DNA of 64,000 nt, taken from NCBI GenBank assembly GCA_026708545.1, contig JAPOUT010000109.1, forward strand, positions 70,609-134,608. Direction: 5' to 3'. The translations under genes were made by a program, and so were the position numbers. The DNA comes from Hyphomicrobiales bacterium (GTDB lineage: Bacteria > Pseudomonadota > Alphaproteobacteria > JAPOUT01). Below the pieces are notes generated by a model. The model was not told where the DNA came from, made no database searches, and was given only the letters and a program-made list of their open reading frames with translations. Position 1 is the first letter of the stretch. The number at the start of each line of letters is the position of its first letter. Below, in pieces: positions 49,315-58,311 of the stretch.

Positions 49315-50758
49315 AACTGTAAAAGCACGACTCCCGAAAGGGTTGCGCGATATTGGTGAGTGCGAGGCCTACGCGCAGAACCGAATGTTGCGGGCGCTCT
49401 CGGAAGTCTGCACTTCGTGGGGCTTCAGCGCCCTCGAGACTCCCATTCTCGAATACGCCGATGCTTTAGGAAAGTTCCTGCCGGATGAGGAACGTCCCAA
49501 CGCCGGCGTATTCTCCTTACGCGACGACGACGAACAATGGCTCGCATTGCGCTATGACCTTACCGCTCCGTTGGCTCGCTATGTGGCGGAGAACTATGAC
49601 TCCCTGCCCAAACCCTTTCGCCGTTATCAGCATGGACCGGTCTTCCGCAACGAAAAACCAGACCCCGGACGCTTCCGGCAGTTCATGCAGTTCGATGCCG
49701 ATATCGTCGGCGCACCCGTTCCCCTCGCGGACGCAGAACTGTGCGCGTTAGCCGCAAAGTGCATGGACACGCTCGGACTGAAAGAGAAATACTCTCTTCA
49801 TATTTCCAACCGCAAACTCCTTGATGGGTTGTTGGAAAGTATCGGTTTGAATAAAAATGAGTCCGGCTTTGCGGAGAAGCGCCTGCGCGTTTTACGCTCT
49901 ATCGACAAAATGGAACGCTTGGGCGCACGGGCTGTGACGGATCTTCTGGGAATGGGGCGCAAAGACAAGTCGGGTGATTACACTCCGGGCGCAGGATTGG
50001 ACCAAAAAGCCATAGAGAAAGTTCTTGCGCTTGTGGAAGGACACATCGATTTCCCCAGCCTAGAAGCTATCATGGGCGAGACTGCCTCGGGTAAAGAAGG
50101 GATTGAACAGTTGCACGAGATGATAGATTTGATGAAGGCTTTCGGCGTCAATGAGGATGTCATCGAGCTAGACCCTACAGTCGTGCGTGGATTGGATTAT
50201 TACACCGGTCCTATCTTCGAAATTAAGATGGGTGCTAGCGACTCCCGTCTGACTCGTTTTGGTTCGGTTGGTGGAGGAGGTCGTTACGATGATTTGGTCA
50301 CGCGTTTCAAAGGAATCGAAATTCCCGCAGCGGGTTTTTCCATCGGTATAAGTCGACTCTATACGGTTTTAGAAGCAATGAAAGAGTCGTCTGCCATTGA
50401 AGGGGAAACGCTCGATGTCGTAATTTTACTCCTGGACTCAACAGACAGAACCGAAGCCGTTCGAATCACTCGAGAGTTGCGCGAGGCAAATATCCGCGCC
50501 GAAGTTTATCTTGGCTCGAGTGGGATGCGTGCGCAGATGCGCTACGCTGACCGTCGTAGCGCAAAACTTGCCATCATTCAGGGCGAACAGGAACGCAAGC
50601 GTAACGAAATCACCATTCGCAACCTCGTTTTGGGAAAAGAGTTGTCCGCAAGCATTAAGGATTCATCCCAGTGGAAAGAAGGCGGTGAAGCACAACGTTC
50701 CGTCGCCAGAGAAAGATTGCTCGAGGAAGTATCCAAAACGCTCGCCTCGCAAAAATGA
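49286..50758 (+). CDS. hisS: Histidyl-tRNA synthetase (start uncertain: GTG 49286, TTG 49280 or ATG 49217)
   Basis: ARLPKG.RD, LRYDLTAPLARY, RNEKP.PGRFRQF.Q.DAD, RGLDYYTG and GGGGRYD. Confidence 0.95.
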   Translation: MDGGSARGSKTVKARLPKGLRDIGECEAYAQNRMLRALSEVCTSWGFSALETPILEYADALGKFLPDEERPNAGVFSLRDDDEQWLALRYDLTAPLARYVAENYDSLPKPFRRYQHGPVFRNEKPDPGRFRQFMQFDADIVGAPVPLADAELCALAAKCMDTLGLKEKYSLHISNRKLLDGLLESIGLNKNESGFAEKRLRVLRSIDKMERLGARAVTDLLGMGRKDKSGDYTPGAGLDQKAIEKVLALVEGHIDFPSLEAIMGETASGKEGIEQLHEMIDLMKAFGVNEDVIELDPTVVRGLDYYTGPIFEIKMGASDSRLTRFGSVGGGGRYDDLVTRFKGIEIPAAGFSIGISRLYTVLEAMKESSAIEGETLDVVILLLDSTDRTEAVRITRELREANIRAEVYLGSSGMRAQMRYADRRSAKLAIIQGEQERKRNEITIRNLVLGKELSASIKDSSQWKEGGEAQRSVARERLLEEVSKTLASQK

Positions 50759-51882
50759 GTCCCGTATCCGCTTCTTCTACCGATGCTTTACGCATCGAGA
50801 GTGTCTCGTTTGCACTTGCACGCATGCTTCAAGAGGCGGGTTATAAAGCTGTCTCCACGCCCATTCTTCAGCCGTTAGAGGTATTTCTCGAATACGCCGG
50901 CGAAGATATTCGGAAACGCCTCTATAGCGTTACAGATATAAGCGGAGGTGAGCACTGCCTTCGTCCTGACCTGACTATTCCGACATGCCGGCACTATCTT
51001 GCATCCTCGGGCGGTGCAAATGGCGTTGAAGCGCGTCTGTGCTATCGCGGCGATGCATTCCGCTACCACGCCAAGGAATCGCTGAAACCCTCGGAATTTC
51101 CGCAAGTCGGCGCCGAGTATTTCGGTGGCAACAATTCTATTGATGCCGACGCCGAAATCATGGCGCTCGCTATCGATGGACTTCGACAACTCGGTTGCAA
51201 GGGATTCGAGATAGAAATCGGCGATCTGTATTTGTTTGGTGCTTTGGCGAAAAGTGTTGGGAAAAATTCTCCTTGGGGAGAGCGACTGCATCAAGTATTC
51301 TACCGTTCTGAAGAACGGTTCGACAAATTACTCCAACTCGCAAAGGAAGGCACACGGCAAACATCGCGTACGATTCCCGAAACAGACAATGTTGAACCAA
51401 TTAATACGGACATGGTTCTAGGCGGACGTTCCATCGAGGAAATCCAAACGCGGTTCAAGGAACGTATGGAACGCCGAAGCCTGCCGTCCCTACCCAAAGA
51501 CGTCGGCACAATGTTGGAGAAATTTCTGCGCATTCGGGCACCCTTCCCCCAAGCGCTCAAAGATATCCGCAACACCACGAACGCCGCTGATATTGCACCG
51601 GCACTCGAGTGCCTCGAACAACGCGCCGAATGTTTGCGCAGGCACGGCATCGATATCAACGATGCAATTTTCTCAACCGGATTCGGACGCAGGCTAGGCT
51701 ACTATACCGGTTTCGTCTTCGAGGTGCGTGTTGGCGAGATGCAAATCGCCGCGGGCGGGCGTTATGACCAACTCCTTCAGGCGCTCGGAAGCGAGCGGAG
51801 GATTCCGGCGGTGGGATTCGCAGCTCGACCCGACCGCATCGCAGCCCTTTTTCCCAAATTTGCCGAGAGGATCACACCGTGA
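50755..51882 (+). CDS. hisZ: ATP phosphoribosyltransferase regulatory subunit
   Basis: GEDIR.R, LRPDLTIP, EF.Q.G.E, YYTGFVFE and GGRYD; lies between hisS and hisG. Confidence 0.92.
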   Translation: MSPVSASSTDALRIESVSFALARMLQEAGYKAVSTPILQPLEVFLEYAGEDIRKRLYSVTDISGGEHCLRPDLTIPTCRHYLASSGGANGVEARLCYRGDAFRYHAKESLKPSEFPQVGAEYFGGNNSIDADAEIMALAIDGLRQLGCKGFEIEIGDLYLFGALAKSVGKNSPWGERLHQVFYRSEERFDKLLQLAKEGTRQTSRTIPETDNVEPINTDMVLGGRSIEEIQTRFKERMERRSLPSLPKDVGTMLEKFLRIRAPFPQALKDIRNTTNAADIAPALECLEQRAECLRRHGIDINDAIFSTGFGRRLGYYTGFVFEVRVGEMQIAAGGRYDQLLQALGSERRIPAVGFAARPDRIAALFPKFAERITP

Positions 51883-52649
51883 GCCTCTACCGCGAAACCA
51901 TGGAAAACCGATTGTTACTCGGTGTTCCTGCGAAGGGACGAATCTTCGAGGCAACGAATGCGTTCTTGCGCGAGGCGGGCGTTCCAATTGTTGAACAGAC
52001 AGGGCGCGGATATTTTGGTCATTTAGATGGTTTTCCCGAAGTTGCGGTCGCTTTTCTCCCCGCAGGTGAAATCGCACTTGCTTTGGGGCGCGGCGACCTG
52101 CATCTCGGCATTAGCGGCAAAGATTTGCTGCACGAGAACATCGAATCGCCTGAGGAAACATTGGCGTTGATCGAGGATTTGGGATTCTCGCGTGCAGACC
52201 TATGCGTTGGTGTTCCGAAGAGTTGGATAGATGTTGAAGATATGGACGACCTGGATGACGTTGCCCGTGATTTTTATGCCAGACATCGCCGATTGCTTCG
52301 GGTGGCGACGAAGTATCCGCGCTTGACCCGGCAGATTTTTAGCGAGCACGGCGTCGATATGTATCGCATTGTTGCGAGCCTTGGAGCAACGGAAGGAGCA
52401 CCTCGCGCCGGCATTGCCGAAGTCATCGTCGATATCACTTCGACAGGTGCAACTTTGAAATCCAACGGACTTAAGCGGCTGGGAGATGTTTACTGGGCCA
52501 GCCAGGCGCAGTTGGCCGCCTCAAAGAGAGCTGTCTGGAACGGAGGGATTTTGAAAATAACGAAGCGGCCATTGGAGAAAATCGCGGCACGCCTCTCTAG
52601 TGACGGCACGGCGTGGTGGAACAGTTTAAATCAAAATATTAATGGGTGA
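51879..52649 (+). CDS. hisG: ATP phosphoribosyltransferase catalytic subunit
   Basis: P.KGR, RVATKY, S.GATEGAP..G.A and VDITSTG.TL..N.L. Confidence 0.95.
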   Translation: MSLYRETMENRLLLGVPAKGRIFEATNAFLREAGVPIVEQTGRGYFGHLDGFPEVAVAFLPAGEIALALGRGDLHLGISGKDLLHENIESPEETLALIEDLGFSRADLCVGVPKSWIDVEDMDDLDDVARDFYARHRRLLRVATKYPRLTRQIFSEHGVDMYRIVASLGATEGAPRAGIAEVIVDITSTGATLKSNGLKRLGDVYWASQAQLAASKRAVWNGGILKITKRPLEKIAARLSSDGTAWWNSLNQNING

Positions 52650-52724
52650 CTTTCTCTTTTTCATTTGCATTTTCATCAATATGCTGTATGGTCCGTACAT
52701 TAGCACCAACGGAGGAGCAAACAC

Positions 52725-53045
52725 ATGGACGGCATGGAAGAGCGTAAAAAAGCGGCAGAGACAAAATTTCGCCACGATAAGGAAATGGAATTCAAGTCCG
52801 AAGCGCGCCGGAATAAATTGCTTGGCCGCTGGGCGGCGGAGTTAATGGGGCTTTCGCAATCCGAAACCGCCGAGTATATCCGAGAAGTCATTGAGGCTGA
52901 TTTTGAAGAGGCCGGCGATGAAGATGTGTTCCGCAAACTCCGCGCTGATTTCGATGCGCGGGGAATCGAGCAGTCGGACCACCAAATTCGACGTGCCATG
53001 GCGGAATGCATGGAAGAAGCGCGGCGCCAGATTGCTAGCGAGTGA
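52725..53045 (+). CDS. F1Fo-ATPase inhibitor zeta subunit (DUF1476)
   Basis: ER..A.E.KF.HD.E..FK..ARRNKLLG.WAA...DFEEAGDEDV.RK. Confidence 0.92.
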   Translation: MDGMEERKKAAETKFRHDKEMEFKSEARRNKLLGRWAAELMGLSQSETAEYIREVIEADFEEAGDEDVFRKLRADFDARGIEQSDHQIRRAMAECMEEARRQIASE

Positions 53046-53053
53046 TCTTCACC

Positions 53054-54346
53054 TTATTTGCCGAAGACCCGATCGAACAAAACGTCCACTCGGCGCGTGA
53101 ACCAATTCGGGTCGAATAAGGAATCCAACTCGTCCCCGATTAACCCGGTAACATGACTGTCGCTTCGTAAACGTTCAAGAAGGTTGCCACCGCCCTCCCA
53201 AACCGCCATCGCGTGACTCTGCACCAAACGGTAGGCATCCTCTCGCGACATCCCCTTCCCCACCAAAGCAAGCAATACACGCTGCGAATACACCAAACCA
53301 GCAAGACAATCCATGTTTTGCGCCATCTTCTCCGAGTAAACCACCAGGCCATCAAGAACATCGCCGAGGCGTGCAAGAGCGAAATCCAAGGCGATTGTCG
53401 CATCAGGAGCAATCACGCGCTCGACACTTGAGTGCGAAATGTCGCGCTCGTGCCACAAGGCAATGTTCTCCATTGCCGGTGCCACCATCGAGCGAACCAG
53501 CCGCGCCAGACCCGTAAGGTTTTCGCTCGCGACCGGGTTGCGCTTGTGCGGCATTGCTGATGATCCCTTTTGTCCGCCGGAGAAATGTTCCTCCGCCTCG
53601 CCGACCTCGCTACGTTGCAGATGGCGAATTTCCACTGCCAGGCGCTCAATGGAACTCGCCAGAACGCCCAGAACGGCGAAATAAACAGCGTGACGGTCGC
53701 GCGCAATCACCTGCGTCGAGATAGACTCCACCGACAGGCCCATTTTCTTGGCAACATGAACTTCAATGCGGGGGTCCAGGTGCGCGAAATTTCCCATGGC
53801 CCCGGAGATGGCACACACGGCTATTTCCTCACGTGCCGCAAGCAGACGCGCCCGATGACGCGAGAATTCCGCATACGCTTGCGCTAACTTCAACCCGAAA
53901 CTCGTCGGCTCGCCGTGGATACCGTGCGAACGCCCCATACACAAAGTCGTTTTGTGTTCAAAAGCGCGACGCTTGAGTATTTCCAGCAACCTGTCAATGT
54001 CCCCAAGCAAGAGATCGGTTGCACGGGCCAACTGTACGCTTAAGCACGTATCAAGAACGTCGCTCGAGGTCATTCCCTGATGGATAAAGCGCGCTTCCTC
54101 GCCAACGTGCTCGCCCAGATTCGTAAGGAAGGCAATGAAGTCGTGCTTAACCTCGGCTTCGATGACATCAATGCGCTCGGTGTCGAAGCCGCCACGTTTG
54201 CGAAGCGCTTCGGCTGCGGACTTCGGCGCCAAACCCAGATCGACCATTGCATCAAGGGCGTGGGTTTCAATTTCGAGGAAGATTTGGAAGCGACTTTCCG
54301 GCTCCCAAATCGCGGACATTTTCGGTCGTGAGTAGCGAGGTATCAT
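53054..54346 (-). CDS. purB: Adenylosuccinate lyase
   Basis: MIPRYSR, GRSHGIH, QKGSSAMPHKRNP and WHERDISHSSVER. Confidence 0.97.
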   Translation of the reverse strand: MIPRYSRPKMSAIWEPESRFQIFLEIETHALDAMVDLGLAPKSAAEALRKRGGFDTERIDVIEAEVKHDFIAFLTNLGEHVGEEARFIHQGMTSSDVLDTCLSVQLARATDLLLGDIDRLLEILKRRAFEHKTTLCMGRSHGIHGEPTSFGLKLAQAYAEFSRHRARLLAAREEIAVCAISGAMGNFAHLDPRIEVHVAKKMGLSVESISTQVIARDRHAVYFAVLGVLASSIERLAVEIRHLQRSEVGEAEEHFSGGQKGSSAMPHKRNPVASENLTGLARLVRSMVAPAMENIALWHERDISHSSVERVIAPDATIALDFALARLGDVLDGLVVYSEKMAQNMDCLAGLVYSQRVLLALVGKGMSREDAYRLVQSHAMAVWEGGGNLLERLRSDSHVTGLIGDELDSLFDPNWFTRRVDVLFDRVFGK

Positions 54347-55113
54347 ATAATTCCCAATTCTTTAAAGCTTGCATATTGTCCCTGTGAAACGACAAGATGG
54401 TCATGAATGGCGATGCCGAGCGGTTGCGCGATAGCAATGAGGTTTCGTGTCATGTCGATATCGTTGCGTGAGGGAGACGGATCGCCGCCGGGATGATTGT
54501 GCACCAATACCATCGCTGATGCACCTGTTTCCAACGCGCGTCTCAACACTTCGCGCGGATAAACGGGCGTGTGGTCAATGGTCCCGTGCTGGTGGATTTC
54601 TTCAGTGATAAGCTTGTCCTTGCGATCGAGAAAGAGGATATTAAGTTGCTCGATGTCGTTGTGCCCCATTTCCATGACAACATAGTCAATGACTGCACGC
54701 CATGATGATAACACCGGACGGTCAATGACCTCCTCACGGGCCATTCGCAGACCAATGGATTTAGTGAGAGCGAATTCGTCGGTGATACGATCGATAAAGC
54801 GGTTGCAGATGCCATTTAGGGCTTGGAGCTCGGACTCTCCCGCATTTAAAACTCCGTTGATGGTCTTAAAACGTTTGAGCAAGGTTTCCGCCATCGGTCT
54901 GACATTGCTTCCGGGAACGATACGAAACAACAAAAGCTCCAAAAGTTCATGGTCAGGAAGAGAATCAACTCGCGCGCAACGGAATCGTCGGCACAGACGC
55001 TCTCGACGTCCCGCCCGGAAAGTGTCGCCTGAAGGAAGAGAGACTTTCGTTTTTGTCTTAATCATGGTTGTTGGTTTGCTTTTCGTTTTGGTTTTGATTT
55101 TGCTGGCGGGCAT
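54343..55113 (-). CDS. radC: RadC family JAB-domain protein
   Basis: ELLELLL, GT.....VYPREV, HNHP.GDP.PS..D and HDH. Confidence 0.93.
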   Translation of the reverse strand: MPASKIKTKTKSKPTTMIKTKTKVSLPSGDTFRAGRRERLCRRFRCARVDSLPDHELLELLLFRIVPGSNVRPMAETLLKRFKTINGVLNAGESELQALNGICNRFIDRITDEFALTKSIGLRMAREEVIDRPVLSSWRAVIDYVVMEMGHNDIEQLNILFLDRKDKLITEEIHQHGTIDHTPVYPREVLRRALETGASAMVLVHNHPGGDPSPSRNDIDMTRNLIAIAQPLGIAIHDHLVVSQGQYASFKELGII

Positions 55114-55154
55114 GTATTTACTCTACGTTTTACACTGAGGAGGAGGAAGTTTTA

Positions 55155-55973
55155 TTAGTAAGGAGGGCAATCTCGTCCGGTTGGTGAACGTGTGAAGATG
55201 ACAGCACCGTCGGCGCTGACGCCGATGGAATGCTCAAATTGCGCCGAGAGCGACCTATCTCTGGTAACGGCTGTCCATCCATCGTTGAGAAGTTTGACTT
55301 CGGGTTTGCCCAGGTTGATCATGGGTTCAATGGTGAAGCACATCCCTTCACGCAGGGTAATGCCTTCACCTCGCTTGCCATAATGGAGAATGTTTGGCGC
55401 ATCGTGAAAAACCAAGCCGATTCCGTGACCGCAGAAGTCACGCACTATCGAGTAGCGATTTTCTTCGGCAAATGTTTGTATCGCGGCGCCTATATCTCCC
55501 AACGTTGTTCCCGGACGTACTTCCCCAATGCCGCGCATCATTGCCTCGTAAGTTATTTTGACCAATCGGGCGGCTTTGCGAGGGACATCGCCGACGTAGT
55601 ACATGCGTGAGCTGTCGCCATGCCACCCGTCCTTGATGAAGGTAATATCAATATTGAGAATGTCGCCTTCGCGTAATTTTTTTGCGTTGGGGATTCCGTG
55701 GCATACAACTTGATTAACCGACGTACATATCGATTTGGGAAAACCCCGGTAATTTAATGGCGCCGGGATGCAGCCGCGATCAAGAGCGAAACCATAGGCA
55801 AGACGGTCAAGATGCTCGGTTGTAACACCCGGGCGCACTTCGTCTACAAGCATGTCAAGCGCCTCTGCCGCAATACTGCCGACCGCCGACATCTTTGCGA
55901 AGGCCTCGGCATCATAGAGTTTGATTTGCCCGGTATTGACCGGAGGAGATTCGAACGCTTGCACGTATTCCAT
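55155..55973 (-). CDS. map: Methionine aminopeptidase type I
   Basis: CTSVN..VCHGIP, NIDIT...DGWHGD, GHGIG..FH, FTIEPM and SAQFEH. Confidence 0.97.
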   Translation of the reverse strand: MEYVQAFESPPVNTGQIKLYDAEAFAKMSAVGSIAAEALDMLVDEVRPGVTTEHLDRLAYGFALDRGCIPAPLNYRGFPKSICTSVNQVVCHGIPNAKKLREGDILNIDITFIKDGWHGDSSRMYYVGDVPRKAARLVKITYEAMMRGIGEVRPGTTLGDIGAAIQTFAEENRYSIVRDFCGHGIGLVFHDAPNILHYGKRGEGITLREGMCFTIEPMINLGKPEVKLLNDGWTAVTRDRSLSAQFEHSIGVSADGAVIFTRSPTGRDCPPY

Positions 55974-55987
55974 TGCTGTGTCTCCGT

Positions 55988-56686
55988 TCAAGGAAATTCG
56001 ACGGGAATTCTCTGCGAAATGCGGATGCCTGTCGTGCTCACGGAGCAATTATAGCAAAGAATCTCGACTCCCGCACGAATCCCCTCTTGCATGGCGTTAG
56101 AATATGCTGGATCAATATCGCCTGCGGGAGCGAACCTTTCACAATCTTCTCGCTGCGCCACATACAACATTACCGCTCGGTGCCCCTGCCCAGCCAAAAC
56201 GGAGAGTTCTTGTAGGTGCTTGACCCCGCGTGCGGTCTTGGCATCGGGGAATTCGGCAAGACCGGATTCGCGGCTTAAGGTTACACTTTTTACCTCAACA
56301 TATGTCTTCGGCTCGGTGAGGAGGAAATCAATGCGGCTTTTCTCGGAAACCCGAACCTCCCGCTCAATCTTCTCGAAGCCGTGTATTTCTTTGATGCTCC
56401 CTTCGAGCAAAGCCTCATGGACGAGATCATTGGTTTTGCCGGTATGCACTCCGATAAGGGTGCCTGTCTCGGACTCGACTATCTCCCACGACCACGGCAA
56501 TTTTCGTTTTGGGTTTGAGTGGCGAGAAAGCCACACGCGCCAGCCGGGCTGTGCGAGCCCCATCATGGAACCGGGATTGGGACAATGCGCCGTAACCACA
56601 CTTTCATCGGCTAAGCGAACATCGGCGAAGAAGCGCTTATAGCGACGCTCCAAGCGCGCCTGTGTCAGGGGCGGGTCAAACTTCAT
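55988..56686 (-). CDS. sfsA: DNA/RNA nuclease SfsA
   Basis: RYKRF.AD, AHCPNPGSM, SRIDF, VEVKSV and FPD..T.RG.KHL. Confidence 0.95.
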   Translation of the reverse strand: MKFDPPLTQARLERRYKRFFADVRLADESVVTAHCPNPGSMMGLAQPGWRVWLSRHSNPKRKLPWSWEIVESETGTLIGVHTGKTNDLVHEALLEGSIKEIHGFEKIEREVRVSEKSRIDFLLTEPKTYVEVKSVTLSRESGLAEFPDAKTARGVKHLQELSVLAGQGHRAVMLYVAQREDCERFAPAGDIDPAYSNAMQEGIRAGVEILCYNCSVSTTGIRISQRIPVEFP

Positions 56687-56687
56687 A

Positions 56688-56716
56688 TTGTCCGAGCGGC
56701 ACGACGGGGTTAAAGT
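56688..56716 (+). promoter_or_regulatory. Sigma70-like promoter, leaderless
   Basis: TTGTCC-N17-TAAAGT-N7-ATG(56724). Confidence 0.55.
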
Positions 56717-56723
56717 TACACAA

Positions 56724-57500
56724 ATGAAGCAAGCACAAGAGAAAATTGTTCGAGCTGCGGTGCTGTTGATCGGCGATGAACTGCTGAGCGGTCAAACCCA
56801 AGACAGCAACCTAGCCCATATTGCAAAGCGGTTGCAGGAATGCGGCATCCGCATTGGTGAGGCTCGCATGGTCGCCGACAACACCGACGACATTCTAACC
56901 GCATTAAATCATCTGCGCAAGCGTTATGACTATGTCCTGACAACTGGCGGCATCGGCCCTACGCACGACGATATTACCGCCGATGTTATTGCTCAAGCCT
57001 TTGGTGTGGAAATTTCGCATAATGAGGAAGCAGTTCGACGTCTTGAGGCGCAATATACCGGTAGCAACTACGTCCTCAACGAGAGTCGCCTACGAATGGC
57101 GCGCATCCCCCATGGGGCTCGTCTGATTGACAACCCTGTGAGCGGTGCGCCCGGATTCATGCTGGATAACGTTGTTGTGATGGCCGGAGTTCCGGAGATC
57201 ATGCGGGCAATGTTGGAACATGCTGTTTCATTTTTGAAGGGTGGCACACTTGAGGAATCCCGTTCGGTTCGTGTGCATTTGGGCGAGGGAGATTTGGCTG
57301 CACCCTTGAGACAATTACAAGAAAAGTGGAAAAATGTTCGAATAGGTTGTTATCCATCGTTTAGTGACGGAAAGCCTTCAGGCGTTCGTGTGGTTTTGCG
57401 CTCCAATGACACCACTGCCTTGGAATCTGCTTTCAAGGCTTTGCTGGGAGTTCTGCGCGAGATGAGCGAAAATGTAGAGATTTTACAGAGGAAGGAGTAG
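56724..57500 (+). CDS. CinA-like molybdopterin-binding domain protein
   Basis: IGDELLSG.T.D.N, TTGGIGPTHDDIT, RMA..P and MAGVP. Confidence 0.9.
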   Translation: MKQAQEKIVRAAVLLIGDELLSGQTQDSNLAHIAKRLQECGIRIGEARMVADNTDDILTALNHLRKRYDYVLTTGGIGPTHDDITADVIAQAFGVEISHNEEAVRRLEAQYTGSNYVLNESRLRMARIPHGARLIDNPVSGAPGFMLDNVVVMAGVPEIMRAMLEHAVSFLKGGTLEESRSVRVHLGEGDLAAPLRQLQEKWKNVRIGCYPSFSDGKPSGVRVVLRSNDTTALESAFKALLGVLREMSENVEILQRKE

Positions 57501-57511
57501 GATTTAGACTG

Positions 57512-57596
57512 GCGGGCGTGGCGGAATGGTAGACGCTAGCGACTTAAAATCGCTTGGGCTGGTCCCGTGGGGGTTCGACTCCCCCCGCCCGCACCA
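57512..57596 (+). tRNA. tRNA-Leu(TAA)
   Basis: GCGGGCGTGGCGGAATGGTAGACGC...GACTTAAAATC...GTTCGACTCC...CGCCCGCACCA. Confidence 0.96.
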
Positions 57597-57687
57597 TCTC
57601 AAGGCTTTAGAGCCGGAGAGTCTAATCCCTGCAGCAGACGGTTGGCGTGATATAGTCGTACAGTGAAACTGTAGTATGAGTTCCCAT

Positions 57688-58311
57688 CTAAAGCCTCCGT
57701 CCTCTAGAAATTTCAGAACCAACCAGACCACGTAGCCGTGTAGAAGAAACTGAAAGCCTTGTGCCGGAAAGAAAACATACAGCCGGCGGCCGGGATCCTA
57801 CAAGTTGATAGGCACGCTCAGGCGGAATGATACGAAAACCTCTCCTTCCACAGTTCATTGATATCAACGAGCGTGTCCTTGGCGCAACCAGCAAAGGGAG
57901 CAGTCGAGTTAACTCGCGCCAATCACTCCAGCGTGGCAATTCCGTTAGGATATCCGAACCCATTAATAGAACAAACTGAACATGCGAATACCTCTGCCGC
58001 AGGACTCGCACAGCATCAACCGTGTAGCGCGTCCGCAAACGTATCTCAATATCGCTCACCCAGATACATCGTAGCGGATGTCCGGCGAAGCGACGTGCGC
58101 GTTCCAGACGCTCGCGTAACGATGCACTCGGCGTGTCTTTGAGAGGGTTTTGCGGCGTAACCATCCACCAGACCCAATCCAGTCGAGCTTGCCGCATTGC
58201 ACGCAAGGAAATCGCCACATGGCCTTCGTGAGCGGGATCAAAACTTCCCCCCAGCAAACCGATTCGCGCACCGGGGCGAACGTCGGGGAGATCAGGGGCG
58301 AAGTTGCCCAC
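57688..58311 (-). CDS. nadD: Nicotinate-nucleotide adenylyltransferase (start approximate)
   Basis: IGLLGGSFDPAHEGH, WW.VTPQNPLK, YT.D, MGSD and SST..R; follows proA. Confidence 0.92.
   Translation of the reverse strand: MGNFAPDLPDVRPGARIGLLGGSFDPAHEGHVAISLRAMRQARLDWVWWMVTPQNPLKDTPSASLRERLERARRFAGHPLRCIWVSDIEIRLRTRYTVDAVRVLRQRYSHVQFVLLMGSDILTELPRWSDWRELTRLLPLLVAPRTRSLISMNCGRRGFRIIPPERAYQLVGSRPPAVCFLSGTRLSVSSTRLRGLVGSEISRGRRL

Noticed and set aside
54343-56686. radC and sfsA as a possible defence or mobile module
   Set aside because: purB-radC-map-sfsA-cinA-like is a familiar alphaproteobacterial housekeeping neighbourhood.
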